From contig CAUUHW010000002.1 of the NCBI GenBank assembly GCA_963545205.1, positions 220,409-284,408 on the forward strand: a DNA stretch of 64,000 nucleotides, read 5' to 3'. Source of the DNA: an uncultured Desulfovibrionales bacterium (GTDB taxonomy: Bacteria > Desulfobacterota > Desulfovibrionia > Desulfovibrionales > Desulfomicrobiaceae). Under the pieces are notes generated by a model, which was not told where the DNA came from, did not search any database, and worked only from the letters and a program-made list of their open reading frames with translations. Positions 1 through 10,394 of this stretch are shown piece after piece. Position 1 is the stretch's first letter. The number at the start of each line of letters is the position of its first letter. The translations under genes were made by a program, and so were the position numbers.

Positions 1-28
1 TGACAAAAACAACAATTTTACGAAACAT
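1..28 (-). CDS. 5' end of an unidentified gene running off the left edge (9 codons visible)
   Basis: Reverse complement of 1-40 reads AAGGAGG-TTTT-ATG TTT CGT AAA ATT GTT GTT TTT GTC (MFRKIVVFV...). An SD-like motif precedes the ATG. Too short to identify. Confidence 0.25.
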
Positions 29-352
29 AAAACCTCCTTTCGGAACCGGGTTAAAGAGTTTCCTTTCAGGCATGTGATATATCAACCATAACACGCCACC
101 CATTCAGCCAAAATAATAACCTCATGCTCGTCTGTATGTCAGAATATTCACATGCTGTCAACAACCAACTTTTCTTTCCTTTACGGCAAGATAGCTGTAT
201 AAACCATTTTAACCATATAATTTCTAAATAAAAAATTTTATTTTTGTGTACAACCCTGTCAGAATCACGGGCCGACGTCCGGATCTTTGACGGATAACGA
301 AAAATTTCCTACAAACTGGTCGGCCAGATCATTCTTTGTCAGATATCGCGCT

Positions 353-1120
353 ATGAAAAAGACTGAAAAAACCGCCTGTCTGGACAGGCTGCACATCATT
401 TTGTCTGAACCGAAACTGTCTGAGAACATCGGCTCGGTTGCCCGCGCCTGTGCCAACATGGGCTGCAAACACCTGCATATTGTCCGTTCTGAGCCGCCAG
501 ACCCAGCCCTGGCCAGAAAACTGGCCACCAAACAGGGAGAGCCGATACTGGAAACCATGACCCTGCACCCTGATTTACCGTCCTGCCTGGCTCCCTTTCA
601 TAAGGTGTACGGCACAACAGCCCGCAGTGGCGGCTGGCGGAAAGGGATTAAAACTCCGGCCAGGGTCGCCCCAGACATCATTGACCTGCTGCGGGCCGGA
701 CAGACCGTGGCCATTGTTTTTGGGCCGGAAGACAAGGGGCTGACCAATGCGGAAACCGAGATCTGCTCATCCCTGCTGACAATCCCGACCACGGACGATT
801 CTTCCCTGAATTTATCCCACGCGGTACTTGTCACCCTATATGAATGTTTTAAGCAGGCTCTTGAACAGGATTTTCAGCCCCAACGGGGCAACCGGCAAGC
901 CAGCCCTGTCACCCAGGCCGAGTACGCCCTTTTATTCACAACGATTCAGGAGGCGCTTGAAGGCATTGACTTCTTAAAGGCCGGAACCTCATCGTATTTC
1001 ATGCTGCCTGTCCGCCGCTACCTGAACCGCTTTACCCTGTACCGCAACGAATTTAACATGCTCATGGGCATCTGCCGCCAGATTTTATGGCTGGGCAAAC
1101 GGGAAAGAAAAGACAGATAG
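353..1120 (+). CDS. SpoU/TrmH-family RNA 2'-O-methyltransferase (TrmJ-like)
   Basis: ORF 287-1120. LHIILSEPKLSENIGSVARACANMGC and VAIVFGPEDKGLTNAE...LNLSHAV are typical SPOUT methylase motifs. ATG at 353 (MKKTEK...) is preferred over the TTG at 287 by N-terminal alignment to TrmJ. Confidence 0.8.
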   Translation: MKKTEKTACLDRLHIILSEPKLSENIGSVARACANMGCKHLHIVRSEPPDPALARKLATKQGEPILETMTLHPDLPSCLAPFHKVYGTTARSGGWRKGIKTPARVAPDIIDLLRAGQTVAIVFGPEDKGLTNAETEICSSLLTIPTTDDSSLNLSHAVLVTLYECFKQALEQDFQPQRGNRQASPVTQAEYALLFTTIQEALEGIDFLKAGTSSYFMLPVRRYLNRFTLYRNEFNMLMGICRQILWLGKRERKDR

Positions 1121-1138
1121 CCGGGCGTTGCCAGGGCA

Positions 1139-1801
1139 TCAGCCCTTCACGCTGTTGATATGCTCCTGAATTTTTCGCAGCACACCGGCCAGATCAAGGT
1201 TGGAGGTATCAATCCGGCAGGCGTCAGGTGCAGGACGCAACGGCGCAATCGCGCGGCTAGAATCTCTGGCGTCCCGCTCGGCAATGGTTCGGGTAAGTTC
1301 CTGTATATCAACCTGTTCTCCCAGGGCCTGGAGTTGCGCCCAGCGCCGTTTGGCCCGAACCTCAGGAGAAGCTGTCAGATAAAATTTGAAACGGGCCCGC
1401 GGAAAAACTTCGGTTCCCATGTCCCGCCCTTCCACCACCAGAGAAGACTCCATGCCAATCCGGCGTTGGGCTGTTTTCAGGGCTTCACGCACAAATGGAT
1501 ACTGGGCCAGGCAAGAGGCCCGCACCCCTGTTTCTTCCGTGCGGATTTCCGGCCCAAGAGGGCATCCGTTCACCAGAAGCTGTGAGTCCTGACCGCTGCC
1601 GCGCAATGAAAAACGCATGCTTTCCAGCCTGGCCCTGATTTCTGTTTCCGTATCAGACGGTTCTGTCAGCCAGGCCAGGGCCCGAAACATGGCTCCGGTA
1701 TCCAGATAGGGAATGGCAAGCGTCCGGGCCGTCATCCTGGCCAGTGTTGTCTTGCCCACGCCAGCCGGGCCGTCCAGAGTTACAATATCATGCTCAGGCA
1801 T
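1139..1801 (-). CDS. cmk: cytidylate kinase
   Basis: DGPAGVGKTT P-loop followed by YLDTGAMFRA. 220 aa. Overlaps the hisC stop by 8 nt. Confidence 0.92.
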   Translation of the reverse strand: MPEHDIVTLDGPAGVGKTTLARMTARTLAIPYLDTGAMFRALAWLTEPSDTETEIRARLESMRFSLRGSGQDSQLLVNGCPLGPEIRTEETGVRASCLAQYPFVREALKTAQRRIGMESSLVVEGRDMGTEVFPRARFKFYLTASPEVRAKRRWAQLQALGEQVDIQELTRTIAERDARDSSRAIAPLRPAPDACRIDTSNLDLAGVLRKIQEHINSVKG

Positions 1802-2894
1802 TGAAAATCTCCTCGCAGCAGCCCAGAAAAAAACTGTTTTCTTCCGGCGTGCCGATTGAAACCCGCAAATAATCCGGCAGGTTATAACCGGCAGTCAATG
1901 GCCGGATAATAACGCCCCTGCGCAGCAGTTCCGTAAAAAGCCACTCAGCCGGAACCGGCGGGCGAAACATGACAAAATTGGCCTGAGACGGCAGCACAAC
2001 TGCTCCAAGCCCGCTCAGTTTTTTTGTCACCCGCTCCCGTTCACTTATGCAGAGCAAAATTGTCTGCTCAAGAAAAACTGTATCCTCCAAAGCGGCCAGA
2101 CCGGCTTCTTCTGCCAGCAGGTTGACGCTGAACGGCAGCTTGACCCGTAACAGAAAATCAGCCAGCGCCCGGGGCATAACACCATATCCAAGCCGCAAAC
2201 CAGCCAGACCATAGGCCTTGGAAAAGGTGCGCAAGACCACGATATGAGGGTGACGAGCCAGCAAGGCCAGGGCGTCAAACCTTTCTTTGGGCTGACAGAA
2301 ATCAATATAGGCCTGATCCACAACCAGCAGGCAGTTCGGGGGCAGGGTGGCGGCCAATGCGTCCAGATCGGCAGCCGGGCAGGCATAACCGGACGGATTG
2401 TCAGGCGAGGTCAGAAAAACAAGCCGGGTATTCCCATCAACATATTCCGGCACGTTATGCAAAGGAAAGCTGAAATCAGGGTTCAAATCAATCCGGCGAA
2501 TGGCAACATCGCACAGCTTGGCCTGCAGTTCATACAGATTGAAGCTGGGACGAAAGAGCACAACATTATCCCGCCCGGGCTGTGGCACAATGCGCAACAG
2601 CAGATCAATGATTTCATCTGAGCCATTGCCAACCACAATCTGTTCAGGGCCAACACCCAGCGCCTGCCCCAGTTTCCGCCGCAAACGGGGAGAGGCTGCC
2701 CTGGCGTAACGAAAGGCCGCGGACGCGTGGCGGACAATCGCCTCCTGCACAACAGGAGAAACACCGAGCGCGTTTTCATTGCTGGCCAGTTTGATAATCC
2801 GGTCAAGGCCGTATTGGTCTCGAATCTCTTCAATGGACTTTCCCGGAACATAGGCGGAAAAATCATGGATCAGGTCACGTACGGGGAGTTTCAT
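1794..2894 (-). CDS. hisC: histidinol-phosphate aminotransferase
   Basis: LASNENALGVSP near the N-terminus and the FSKAYGLAGLRLGY PLP-lysine motif. 366 aa. Confidence 0.9.
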   Translation of the reverse strand: MKLPVRDLIHDFSAYVPGKSIEEIRDQYGLDRIIKLASNENALGVSPVVQEAIVRHASAAFRYARAASPRLRRKLGQALGVGPEQIVVGNGSDEIIDLLLRIVPQPGRDNVVLFRPSFNLYELQAKLCDVAIRRIDLNPDFSFPLHNVPEYVDGNTRLVFLTSPDNPSGYACPAADLDALAATLPPNCLLVVDQAYIDFCQPKERFDALALLARHPHIVVLRTFSKAYGLAGLRLGYGVMPRALADFLLRVKLPFSVNLLAEEAGLAALEDTVFLEQTILLCISERERVTKKLSGLGAVVLPSQANFVMFRPPVPAEWLFTELLRRGVIIRPLTAGYNLPDYLRVSIGTPEENSFFLGCCEEIFNA

Positions 2895-2912
2895 TTTTTT
2901 CCTTTTGTTGTA

Positions 2913-4376
2913 TCAGTCCAGAATCTTGGGACGAATAAAAACAAGCAGCTCTGCTTCCTGCCTGTCCTGCTGGCTGTTTCTGAACAGCCAGCCCAGACCG
3001 GGAATCCTGCTCAAACCGGGTACGGCGTACTGCCTGGTCTGGTATTCAACTTTCCGGATACCGCCAATAACAACAGTTTGCCCGTCATCAACCAGCAAAC
3101 GGGTAGTGGCCGAGCGTGTATCAATATCCTGCCCGGTTGTTTTGGCATCATCCTGAATATGCAGATCAAGAATGAGCTTGTTATCCGGCGTGATCTGAGG
3201 CCGGACCTCAAGCAGCAGGACAGCGGGTTTATATTCCACAGCAGGAGCTTTACCCTCTCCTGTTTCAGTTGTCACCTTAATCATTATGCCCTGGCTGATT
3301 CTGGCCTTATGATTATCCAGGGTGGCGATTCGGGGCGCGGAGATGGTTTTGGCTGTATGGTCCTGCTCTCCCAGCTGCAGTTCCAGATCAAGCATGAACA
3401 TATCGCCCAGTCTGGTCACGCTTCCGGCCAGAGAAAATCCCCCTGGATTGGGAAAAAGATTCAAACCGGACAGATGAAGGGAGCGGGAATAGGTTGAACC
3501 CAAAATATTCAGGTAGCGCTGGGACTCGGCCGGAAGATGCGCACCCCATTTCAGACCGAGATTGCGCTGAAAAATATCAGTCGCGTAAACCAGCCGGGCC
3601 TCAATCATCACCTGCCGCTGCGGCCGGTCAAGATAGGCCAGGGCGGTTTGCAGTTTTTTGATATTAACCGGACTGTCAGACACAATAAGCAGGTTGGTAC
3701 GCGGGTCGGGCGTGATTTTCCCGCGAGCGGAAAGAAGCGGCTGCAGGCGTTTGGCCAGATCGTCCGCCTGAGCGTAATGCACCGGGACATAGCTCGTTTC
3801 AAGCGGGAGCAGCGAGTCTGAGCGGGCCTGTTCCTCCATGTTCTTTTTTTGCTCCTCAAAAGCCCGCTGCCGCTCCCGGTCAAAGTCTTCTGCCGGTAAA
3901 ATCCGCAGAATACCGCCCTGCTCAACCTTGACCAGGGATTTCTGCCGCAGCACAATGGACAGAACCTCACTCCATTCCACGTCCCGGACATGCAGAGAAA
4001 TCTTTCCCTGCACATTGTCGCCAAGCACGAGATTACGCCCGCCAATATCAGCCAGCAGACGCAAAACATGCCTGACTTCCGCCTGCTGCAAATCAAGTGA
4101 AATCCCTCTGGACTGCGCCGCCTTTTGGGGCGGCTGCGGCTGTTTCTGCGCCGCTGGCGGCTGTTTTTTATCTTCCGGACGAACAGGGGCAGCCGGAGCC
4201 GCAGGCAGGTTCTGCGCCCGCGTTTGCACCGGCCCGGTATCAGAGAGAAAATCAGGGAGTGGGAGGGAAGAACCGGACAGGGAAGACGGATTGTCCACGC
4301 GCTGGACTGGCGGCTGGCAACCGGGAAAACAAACAAGCACAACCGCCCCGAAAAGCAGCACAGAAAATCTATTCAT
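2913..4376 (-). CDS. pilQ: type IV pilus secretin PilQ
   Basis: Signal/lipobox-like N-terminus and a proline-rich linker. C-terminal secretin motif GQTVVIGGI...VPGLSRIPGLGWLFRN...ELLVFIRPKIL. Last gene of a pilMNOPQ string. Confidence 0.9.
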   Translation of the reverse strand: MNRFSVLLFGAVVLVCFPGCQPPVQRVDNPSSLSGSSLPLPDFLSDTGPVQTRAQNLPAAPAAPVRPEDKKQPPAAQKQPQPPQKAAQSRGISLDLQQAEVRHVLRLLADIGGRNLVLGDNVQGKISLHVRDVEWSEVLSIVLRQKSLVKVEQGGILRILPAEDFDRERQRAFEEQKKNMEEQARSDSLLPLETSYVPVHYAQADDLAKRLQPLLSARGKITPDPRTNLLIVSDSPVNIKKLQTALAYLDRPQRQVMIEARLVYATDIFQRNLGLKWGAHLPAESQRYLNILGSTYSRSLHLSGLNLFPNPGGFSLAGSVTRLGDMFMLDLELQLGEQDHTAKTISAPRIATLDNHKARISQGIMIKVTTETGEGKAPAVEYKPAVLLLEVRPQITPDNKLILDLHIQDDAKTTGQDIDTRSATTRLLVDDGQTVVIGGIRKVEYQTRQYAVPGLSRIPGLGWLFRNSQQDRQEAELLVFIRPKILD

Positions 4377-4797
4377 GGCTTTCCTCCCGGGTCAGGGTTA
4401 AAACCGTCAGTTTTTTTTCAGGTTGGCCCAAAATATCCGGACATAGTTCAACAATCACAATCGACTGATCCCGGATTTCAGTAATTGCGCCCCGGTACGG
4501 TCCAATCAGGGACTGAGGGCCCAAAAGAGCGCTCTTACCGTCAGGCAGTTCAACCAGAATACACAGGTCTGTTTTTTTCGGTTCTGACCAGGCCAGGCCC
4601 AGCAGTTTGAGCTGGTGCGGACGGATATTGGGCAGGGTAACCGTATCCTGAAAGGTCTGCGGAGCAGCCTGCCAGAAAGGAAGAAACGGATCCTGATTCC
4701 GCCCCGCCCAGGCCGGGCAGTCAGCGCCAACCAGGCCCAGAAACAAAAATGCGGCACACATCAGGGGCTTATGGTTTTTTCTCGTGTTCGTATGCAT
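4369..4797 (-). CDS. pilP: pilus assembly protein PilP-like
   Basis: Small signal-peptide protein between pilO and pilQ with overlapping stop/start. Assigned mainly by synteny. Confidence 0.55.
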   Translation of the reverse strand: MHTNTRKNHKPLMCAAFLFLGLVGADCPAWAGRNQDPFLPFWQAAPQTFQDTVTLPNIRPHQLKLLGLAWSEPKKTDLCILVELPDGKSALLGPQSLIGPYRGAITEIRDQSIVIVELCPDILGQPEKKLTVLTLTREESHE

Positions 4798-5332
4798 TGT
4801 GCCCTCCTTCCGGCCTGTTCAAGCCGTAGGTCTGGAAAATAACCTGCATGTTCAGGGCGGTTCCGGTCTGGTCTTTTTGCAGACAAATCCGCTCAAAACT
4901 CAACAGTTTTTCAAACCGGCTCAGGGCCTGTAAAAAAACTGTCTGGGCCTGAAACGGCCCTGTCAGATGCATGGTTACGCTGCGCGCGGTATAAAAATCA
5001 AAGTCTATTTTTTCCCCCGGTTCAAAGGAACGCAGATGAAGACCGGCCTGTTGACAGACCTGTTCACAAAAAGCCAGCATTTCAGCCAGGCTGTTCTCTG
5101 CCGCCCATTTTTTCACCTGGTCAAACTGCTGCCGGGCCGCGGACAGCTGCCGGTCAATACCTTGCAGTTCAGCGAGTTTCCGGGAAAAAAGCGCGTCCTG
5201 CCTGTCCATGGCCAGTATTCTGGACCGCACATCCTCCACTGCCGCGTAATCCGCGCTCAGACAAAAAATCCAGGCCAGCAGACCGGCCACAAGGAAAAAC
5301 AGAACAAACTCAAGCACCTGTCTTTTGGTCAT
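4769..5332 (-). CDS. pilO: pilus assembly protein PilO-like
   Basis: Start taken at MTKRQVLEFVLFFLVAGLL (ATG 5332): one TM helix, then a coiled coil. Lies between pilN and pilP. The ORF-track start at 5458 would overlap pilN by 149 nt. Confidence 0.6.
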   Translation of the reverse strand: MTKRQVLEFVLFFLVAGLLAWIFCLSADYAAVEDVRSRILAMDRQDALFSRKLAELQGIDRQLSAARQQFDQVKKWAAENSLAEMLAFCEQVCQQAGLHLRSFEPGEKIDFDFYTARSVTMHLTGPFQAQTVFLQALSRFEKLLSFERICLQKDQTGTALNMQVIFQTYGLNRPEGGHNAYEHEKKP

Positions 5333-5900
5333 GCCCCCCACTCCGTGAGTTTTCTGTTTTGGGAACAGCGGGCAAAATCCGGCAGACAAAATAGAGAAAG
5401 GTAAATGGTTCAACCTGATGGCTCGCTGTCTCAACAACCCTGACTTCCTGTATCTCACTATGCTGCTTCAGGCGGCGTGTATAAGCGGCCAGAGTCCGGG
5501 CATCAAAGGCCACTCCCCGCACCTGCAATGCGCCTGCAGGCTCCAGTTCCAGAAAACGCAGGGAAATACGCGCCGAACCAATTTCTTCCAGCGCCACTGT
5601 CAGCAAACGGACAGGAAAGTCCTGGGCCTTGCGCGCGTCACGCAGAATCCGGATCTGTTTTTGTACGGTGTTATACGCTGCCGCCTGCTGCCTCCTCCTG
5701 GCCAGTTCTTTTTGTTTCAGGCGCAGCCCGATTTGCTTTTCCGCGTGTATGACCTGCAGCCCGCGCTGGTATCGCGCGAACTGAAAATGAAGAAGGGCTG
5801 TGGCCAGGATAACCAGAGCGCTCCCCAGCAGAAAAAGCAGGGCGCGCGGCTGGAATCTGAAACGGGACGGACGGGACGGCAACAGGTTCAAACGGATCAT
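5310..5900 (-). CDS. pilN: pilus assembly protein PilN
   Basis: The N-terminus MIRLNLLPSR is the characteristic PilN/fimbrial-assembly motif, followed by a single TM helix. ATGA-type overlap with pilM. Confidence 0.8.
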   Translation of the reverse strand: MIRLNLLPSRPSRFRFQPRALLFLLGSALVILATALLHFQFARYQRGLQVIHAEKQIGLRLKQKELARRRQQAAAYNTVQKQIRILRDARKAQDFPVRLLTVALEEIGSARISLRFLELEPAGALQVRGVAFDARTLAAYTRRLKQHSEIQEVRVVETASHQVEPFTFLYFVCRILPAVPKTENSRSGGHDQKTGA

Positions 5901-6892
5901 GCCTGTTCTCCCGCCCCCGGCTTGGTGGCGGCCCGCAAGGCCATACCGCAGGCAACAGCGAACTGCGGGGCAGCCGCTTCCAGATAGGGAAGGTCAAAAA
6001 AAGCAGGATCAATGCGCAGGCCGCGCCAGCAATTCAAGATCCGGACATCAAGTGGCAACCTGGCACGCAAAGCGGCAAGCAGTGAGGGCAGCAGGGCCGA
6101 TCCACCGGAAAGATACATGGTATCGGCATGCTGTCTGGCCCGCAGTACAACAAGAATCTTTTCTATTTCATTTTCCAGGCCATGAGGAGAATTATTTCCG
6201 GCAGTCGAACCGGACAGAGGGAGCGCAGTTTGATACTCACCTGGCGGAGGCTGGGCCAGAAAACCGGCCAGCAGCTCACCGGTGAGTTCCAGACGTTCCA
6301 GCCAGACAGGGATTCCGGCCTGGTAAAAAAGAAGCAGGCAATGCGTGCGGCCAAGATGGAGCAGATAAACAGGTCTGGCTCTCTGGTCGGCGTAGGCAAA
6401 GGCATAGAGATTACAAAGCGCCAGGGCCTTGTTGTCAACAACCCTGACGTTCAGCCCGGCCTGCTGGATCTGACGCCTGGCCTCTTCAACCTGCTCACGG
6501 CTGGCTGAAATACGCAAATGGCGGGAATTGCCATTCTTGTCCCGCAACACTGTACCGGCGCTGTATTCAGCAGGCCGGACGCTTAAAAGGCCGCCGGGTT
6601 TTCGCAACTGCAGCACACTGTGTTCCAGACCAAATGTTTCCGGGGAAGAGGCAAAAAAAGTATTGCCGCCAAGGGCAAGAAAAACATCTTTTTTACCCAG
6701 GCCTAAATGCGCCCACACAGCTTTGAGCAAAGTACCTTTCCCACCCCGCTCATCTGTTGGCCAGCAAAACCGTGCCACCCGGCTCAAGACAAAGGTCTTG
6801 CCGACACGCCGCAGGTGAACCAGCTTTCCCCAACGGCTCCCCCAGTCCAGTCCAACAGGAGGAGCCAGCCAGGAAGAATAAAAGCAGCGCAC
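5897..6892 (-). CDS. pilM: type IV pilus assembly ATPase-fold protein PilM
   Basis: Actin-like fold signature VGLDWGS near the N-terminus and the position ahead of pilN. The ORF track starts at TTG 6934 (overlapping the usp stop). GTG 6892 is the nearest start that avoids the overlap. The start is uncertain. Confidence 0.7.
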   Translation of the reverse strand: MRCFYSSWLAPPVGLDWGSRWGKLVHLRRVGKTFVLSRVARFCWPTDERGGKGTLLKAVWAHLGLGKKDVFLALGGNTFFASSPETFGLEHSVLQLRKPGGLLSVRPAEYSAGTVLRDKNGNSRHLRISASREQVEEARRQIQQAGLNVRVVDNKALALCNLYAFAYADQRARPVYLLHLGRTHCLLLFYQAGIPVWLERLELTGELLAGFLAQPPPGEYQTALPLSGSTAGNNSPHGLENEIEKILVVLRARQHADTMYLSGGSALLPSLLAALRARLPLDVRILNCWRGLRIDPAFFDLPYLEAAAPQFAVACGMALRAATKPGAGEQA

Positions 6893-6897
6893 CGGTT

Positions 6898-7344
6898 CTA
6901 TTCGTCTTGTGGCCGGATGGTCAGCACCGGACAAAGGGCGCTTTTGACCACCCGCTCCGCCACCGAACCGAACAGGAACCGGTCAAAGCCCTTGCGCCCG
7001 TGCGTGCCCATGATGATCAGGTCGGCACGCACCTTTTCAGCGTATGCCAGAATTTCATCCGCAGCATGACCGGACAGCACCTGCCCCTGACTCTGGCAGC
7101 CGAAAAAATTTTCGCTTAAAAACTGCTCCATGCTTTTTTCAGCTCCGCTCGTAATTTCTCCGACAAAGTTGTCAATTGAAGTTGGCGGGACATGGAAGCC
7201 AACATACTGGGTCAGGGTCGGGGCAATGTACACCACATGCACCCTGGCTTCATGCCGTATGGCCATCATCTTGGCAAATTCAGCGACTTCCGGGCTTATT
7301 TCGGAAAAATCAACGGCGCAGACAATTGTTTTAATCTCTTTCAT
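6898..7344 (-). CDS. universal stress protein (UspA family)
   Basis: IVCAVDFSE...VHVVYI...DLIIMGTHGRKGFDRFLFGSVAERVVKSALCPVLTIR is the USP ATP-binding pattern. Confidence 0.9.
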   Translation of the reverse strand: MKEIKTIVCAVDFSEISPEVAEFAKMMAIRHEARVHVVYIAPTLTQYVGFHVPPTSIDNFVGEITSGAEKSMEQFLSENFFGCQSQGQVLSGHAADEILAYAEKVRADLIIMGTHGRKGFDRFLFGSVAERVVKSALCPVLTIRPQDE

Positions 7345-7424
7345 GCTCCTCTCCTTGGTTGCAGATATAACCGCCAGATGCGGAAATAGATAACAAGATA
7401 TATAAAACAGAATTAGTACAATCC

Positions 7425-9443
7425 CTACAGGAAATCAAATCGGGAAAAACTCATATTCAGACCGGCCCGGCCCTGACTCACAGAACGCAGCTGGGTGGAA
7501 AAACCAAAGGTCTGACGCAGCGGCGCCAGGGCCACCACGCGCATAAGGTCTTTTTGTTCATCAATGCGCTGTATTCTGCCCCCTCTGGAGTTGAGCAGGG
7601 CAATGCAGTCCCCCAGAAAATCCTGGGGCACGCTGATTTCAATATCCATGATCGGCTCCAGAAGAGCAGGACGAGCCGCCGCAAGCGCTGATTGCAGGGC
7701 CCTGACTGCCGCCATCCGGTATCCGGCCGGACTCCCGTCCGGCACAGGCCGCAGTTCCTGCAGATACACATGAACGTCCTGCATGGGATAGCCCTTTACC
7801 ACACCGGATTCCAGACCATTTTTCAGTCCGTCAAGCACGGCCTGAAGCACCTGGGCGTCAACTTCCCTGTCGTCCAGTTCCAGACGCAGGGCGTTGCCTG
7901 TTCCGCGCCGGGCACTTTCAACCCGCAACCGGGCATGACCGGCATGGGTTTGCTCCCTGAGCTCCCGGCGGTATTCTTCTTCAGCCTGGGCTGCCCCGCA
8001 AACGGTTTCCTGATAAAAGACCTCCGGGTTGCCAAGCCGGAAATCAATCTTCTGTTCGCGCCGCAAACGCTCAATAACCACTGTCAGATGCAGCTCTCCC
8101 ATACCGGACAGAACAAACTGTTCACTTTCTTCGTCTTCTGTAAAAAATAGGGTGGGATCTTCTTCAACCACCTTGGTCAGCGCCTGGTACAACTCTTTGC
8201 GTTCTTCCATGTTGCGGGCTTCCAGGGCAAAAGAAATAACAGGCTTATACTTCGGGATACGTTCCAGAATAATCGGATTATCCCGCTGACACAGGGTATC
8301 TGCGGTTGTTGTCTGTTTCAGACCTCCAAGCGCGACAATCTGGCCAGCGCCGGCTGTCTCCACCGGCTCCTTACTGCCCGCATGCGGCAAAAAAATCTGA
8401 CCAGCACGTTCCACAATATCCTGGGTTGAATTATACAGACTGGAGCCGGTGCTCAGCTGACCGGAATATAAACGAACAAAGACAAGCTTGCGCGCTCCTT
8501 CCATAACAACCTTGAAAGCCAGGGCGGAAAGCGGCCCGTCACTGCGGTTGGCAAATAAAAGTTCCGCCTGGGTACGGGGGGAAATCCCTTTTGTAGGCGG
8601 CAGGTCCGCCGGAGAGGGAAGAAAATCAACAACAGCATCCAGCAGGGGTTGAATACCGGAATTTTTCAGGGCCGAGCCCAGAAGTACCGGCACAAAGGCG
8701 GAACCAGACGTGCCTTTGCGAATTGCCCTGAGCAGCGCGGCAGGCTCCAGAGACTGTTCGTTCAGGTACGCTTCAAGCAGTTTGTCATCCTGTTCAACAA
8801 TCATTTCCAGAGCCAATTTCCGCCAGGGCTCAGCCCAGGCACGCTCTTCTTCTGTCAGCCGCTCTGTTGTCCAGGAGCTGCCTTTGTCCGCCTGATGAAA
8901 AACCAGCTTTTCCATTTTCAGCAGGTCAAGAATCCCTGTAAATTCCCTGCCCTGTCCCACTGGAAGCTGAAGGAGCAACGGTTTGACGCCCAGGCGCAGA
9001 CGCATACTGTCCAGCACATTTTCAAAATTGGCTCCGGGCCTGTCCAGCTTGTTGATAAAAGCGATTTTCGCAATCCCGTATTTTTCCGACTGCCGCCACA
9101 CAGTCTCACTTTGCGGCTCCACTCCGCCAACAGCGCAAAAAATGCCAATGGCGCCGTCAAGCACCCGCAGGCATCTGTCAACTTCAATCGTAAAATCAAC
9201 ATGGCCGGGAGTGTCCACAACATTGACACTGTGTCCACGCCAGTCACAGGTTGTACAGGCGGCTGAAATGGTAATTCCCCGCTCCTGCTCTTCGGGCATA
9301 AAGTCCATGGTTGCGTTGCCGTCATGCACTTCTCCCATGCGGTGAATACGTCTGCTGTAAAACAGCATGCGTTCAGTCACGGTTGTCTTGCCCGCGTCAA
9401 TATGGGCGATGATGCCAATGTTACGGATGTTGTTCATCTGCAT
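7425..9443 (-). CDS. elongation factor G paralogue (not in a str operon context)
   Basis: NIRNIGIIAHIDAGKTT, DTPGHVDF and full-length EF-G domain order. Start set at ATG 9443 (MQMNNIRN), preceded by GGAGA. Confidence 0.93.
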   Translation of the reverse strand: MQMNNIRNIGIIAHIDAGKTTVTERMLFYSRRIHRMGEVHDGNATMDFMPEEQERGITISAACTTCDWRGHSVNVVDTPGHVDFTIEVDRCLRVLDGAIGIFCAVGGVEPQSETVWRQSEKYGIAKIAFINKLDRPGANFENVLDSMRLRLGVKPLLLQLPVGQGREFTGILDLLKMEKLVFHQADKGSSWTTERLTEEERAWAEPWRKLALEMIVEQDDKLLEAYLNEQSLEPAALLRAIRKGTSGSAFVPVLLGSALKNSGIQPLLDAVVDFLPSPADLPPTKGISPRTQAELLFANRSDGPLSALAFKVVMEGARKLVFVRLYSGQLSTGSSLYNSTQDIVERAGQIFLPHAGSKEPVETAGAGQIVALGGLKQTTTADTLCQRDNPIILERIPKYKPVISFALEARNMEERKELYQALTKVVEEDPTLFFTEDEESEQFVLSGMGELHLTVVIERLRREQKIDFRLGNPEVFYQETVCGAAQAEEEYRRELREQTHAGHARLRVESARRGTGNALRLELDDREVDAQVLQAVLDGLKNGLESGVVKGYPMQDVHVYLQELRPVPDGSPAGYRMAAVRALQSALAAARPALLEPIMDIEISVPQDFLGDCIALLNSRGGRIQRIDEQKDLMRVVALAPLRQTFGFSTQLRSVSQGRAGLNMSFSRFDFL

Positions 9444-9503
9444 GATGTTCTCCGGCCGTAAAAGCAGGCCTTGCACGGACAAAGGCTGTTCTTCCGGCCT
9501 TTC

Positions 9504-10355
9504 TTAAGGACAGGGGGCCAGGGAAAGAACAGTACGAGAGGCAAGAAAAAACGAAAGGCTCAGTTCCGGCCAGTACCAGCTGAGTTCATGGCCGGGAGCC
9601 AGTCCAAGCACAGACTGCCCCGACAACAGGTGAGCCGGAGCAAAAAGAGCGTCACCCCTGAAATCTTCCGGCGCGGCAGAGGCCGGTTGCAGGTCAAGCG
9701 GCGTGTCTGCCGGCGGCTGTCCCCAAAAAGAAAACCCCTGCACTGGGTGGGCCCAGTCCAGAAGGGCTGTTTCCCACTTCCAGTCCTCAGAAAACAGAAT
9801 TCCCATGCGCAGGAACGGCGGGGCCTGCCAGAACAGAATATCCTGGGTAGGTGATGAACCGGACAGGGTCTTTGCGCCAAGGCTTAAACATCTGCCGCTT
9901 CCGCCCGCCTTTTGCCTGGCCTGCAGCAACTGTGACAGGGCCGTGGGCGGAAGTTGACAAACAGTTTCCGCTCCACTCAATTCGCAGGCAGTGAGCAGGG
10001 AAGCAGGAAAAGGGGTACTGTTTTCCTCGCGCAGGACAACAAGTTCTTTTACTCCGGCAACCAGAGCAGGCACAAGAGCGGCGCAGAGCTGAACAGGAGA
10101 GACAAAATCCGGGCCCAGGCAGACGTACACCCAGTCGCAGGCAGCAGTGGATGTACGGACTGTCAAGCCATCAGGCCATGTTTTTTGCGTCAGACTTGAC
10201 AGTTGCGGCAGGCCGCCGGTCAGAGCAAAGGCATGGGCAATGCTTTTTTTCAGCCAGGAACGGCGCACGTCACCCGTTTGTTCGTAGGCGGCGGCCAAAT
10301 CCTCATCCCTGACCAGCCAGTCGTTCACACGGGCAAGAAAATCAAAGTCAGACAC
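9504..10355 (-). CDS. hypothetical protein
   Basis: 283-aa ORF, co-directional with its neighbours, with coding-like composition. I recognise no family motif. Confidence 0.5.
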   Translation of the reverse strand: MSDFDFLARVNDWLVRDEDLAAAYEQTGDVRRSWLKKSIAHAFALTGGLPQLSSLTQKTWPDGLTVRTSTAACDWVYVCLGPDFVSPVQLCAALVPALVAGVKELVVLREENSTPFPASLLTACELSGAETVCQLPPTALSQLLQARQKAGGSGRCLSLGAKTLSGSSPTQDILFWQAPPFLRMGILFSEDWKWETALLDWAHPVQGFSFWGQPPADTPLDLQPASAAPEDFRGDALFAPAHLLSGQSVLGLAPGHELSWYWPELSLSFFLASRTVLSLAPCP

Positions 10356-10394
10356 CTCTCACTCCAGGGTTGGCATGGCCAAAACAAGAACCTG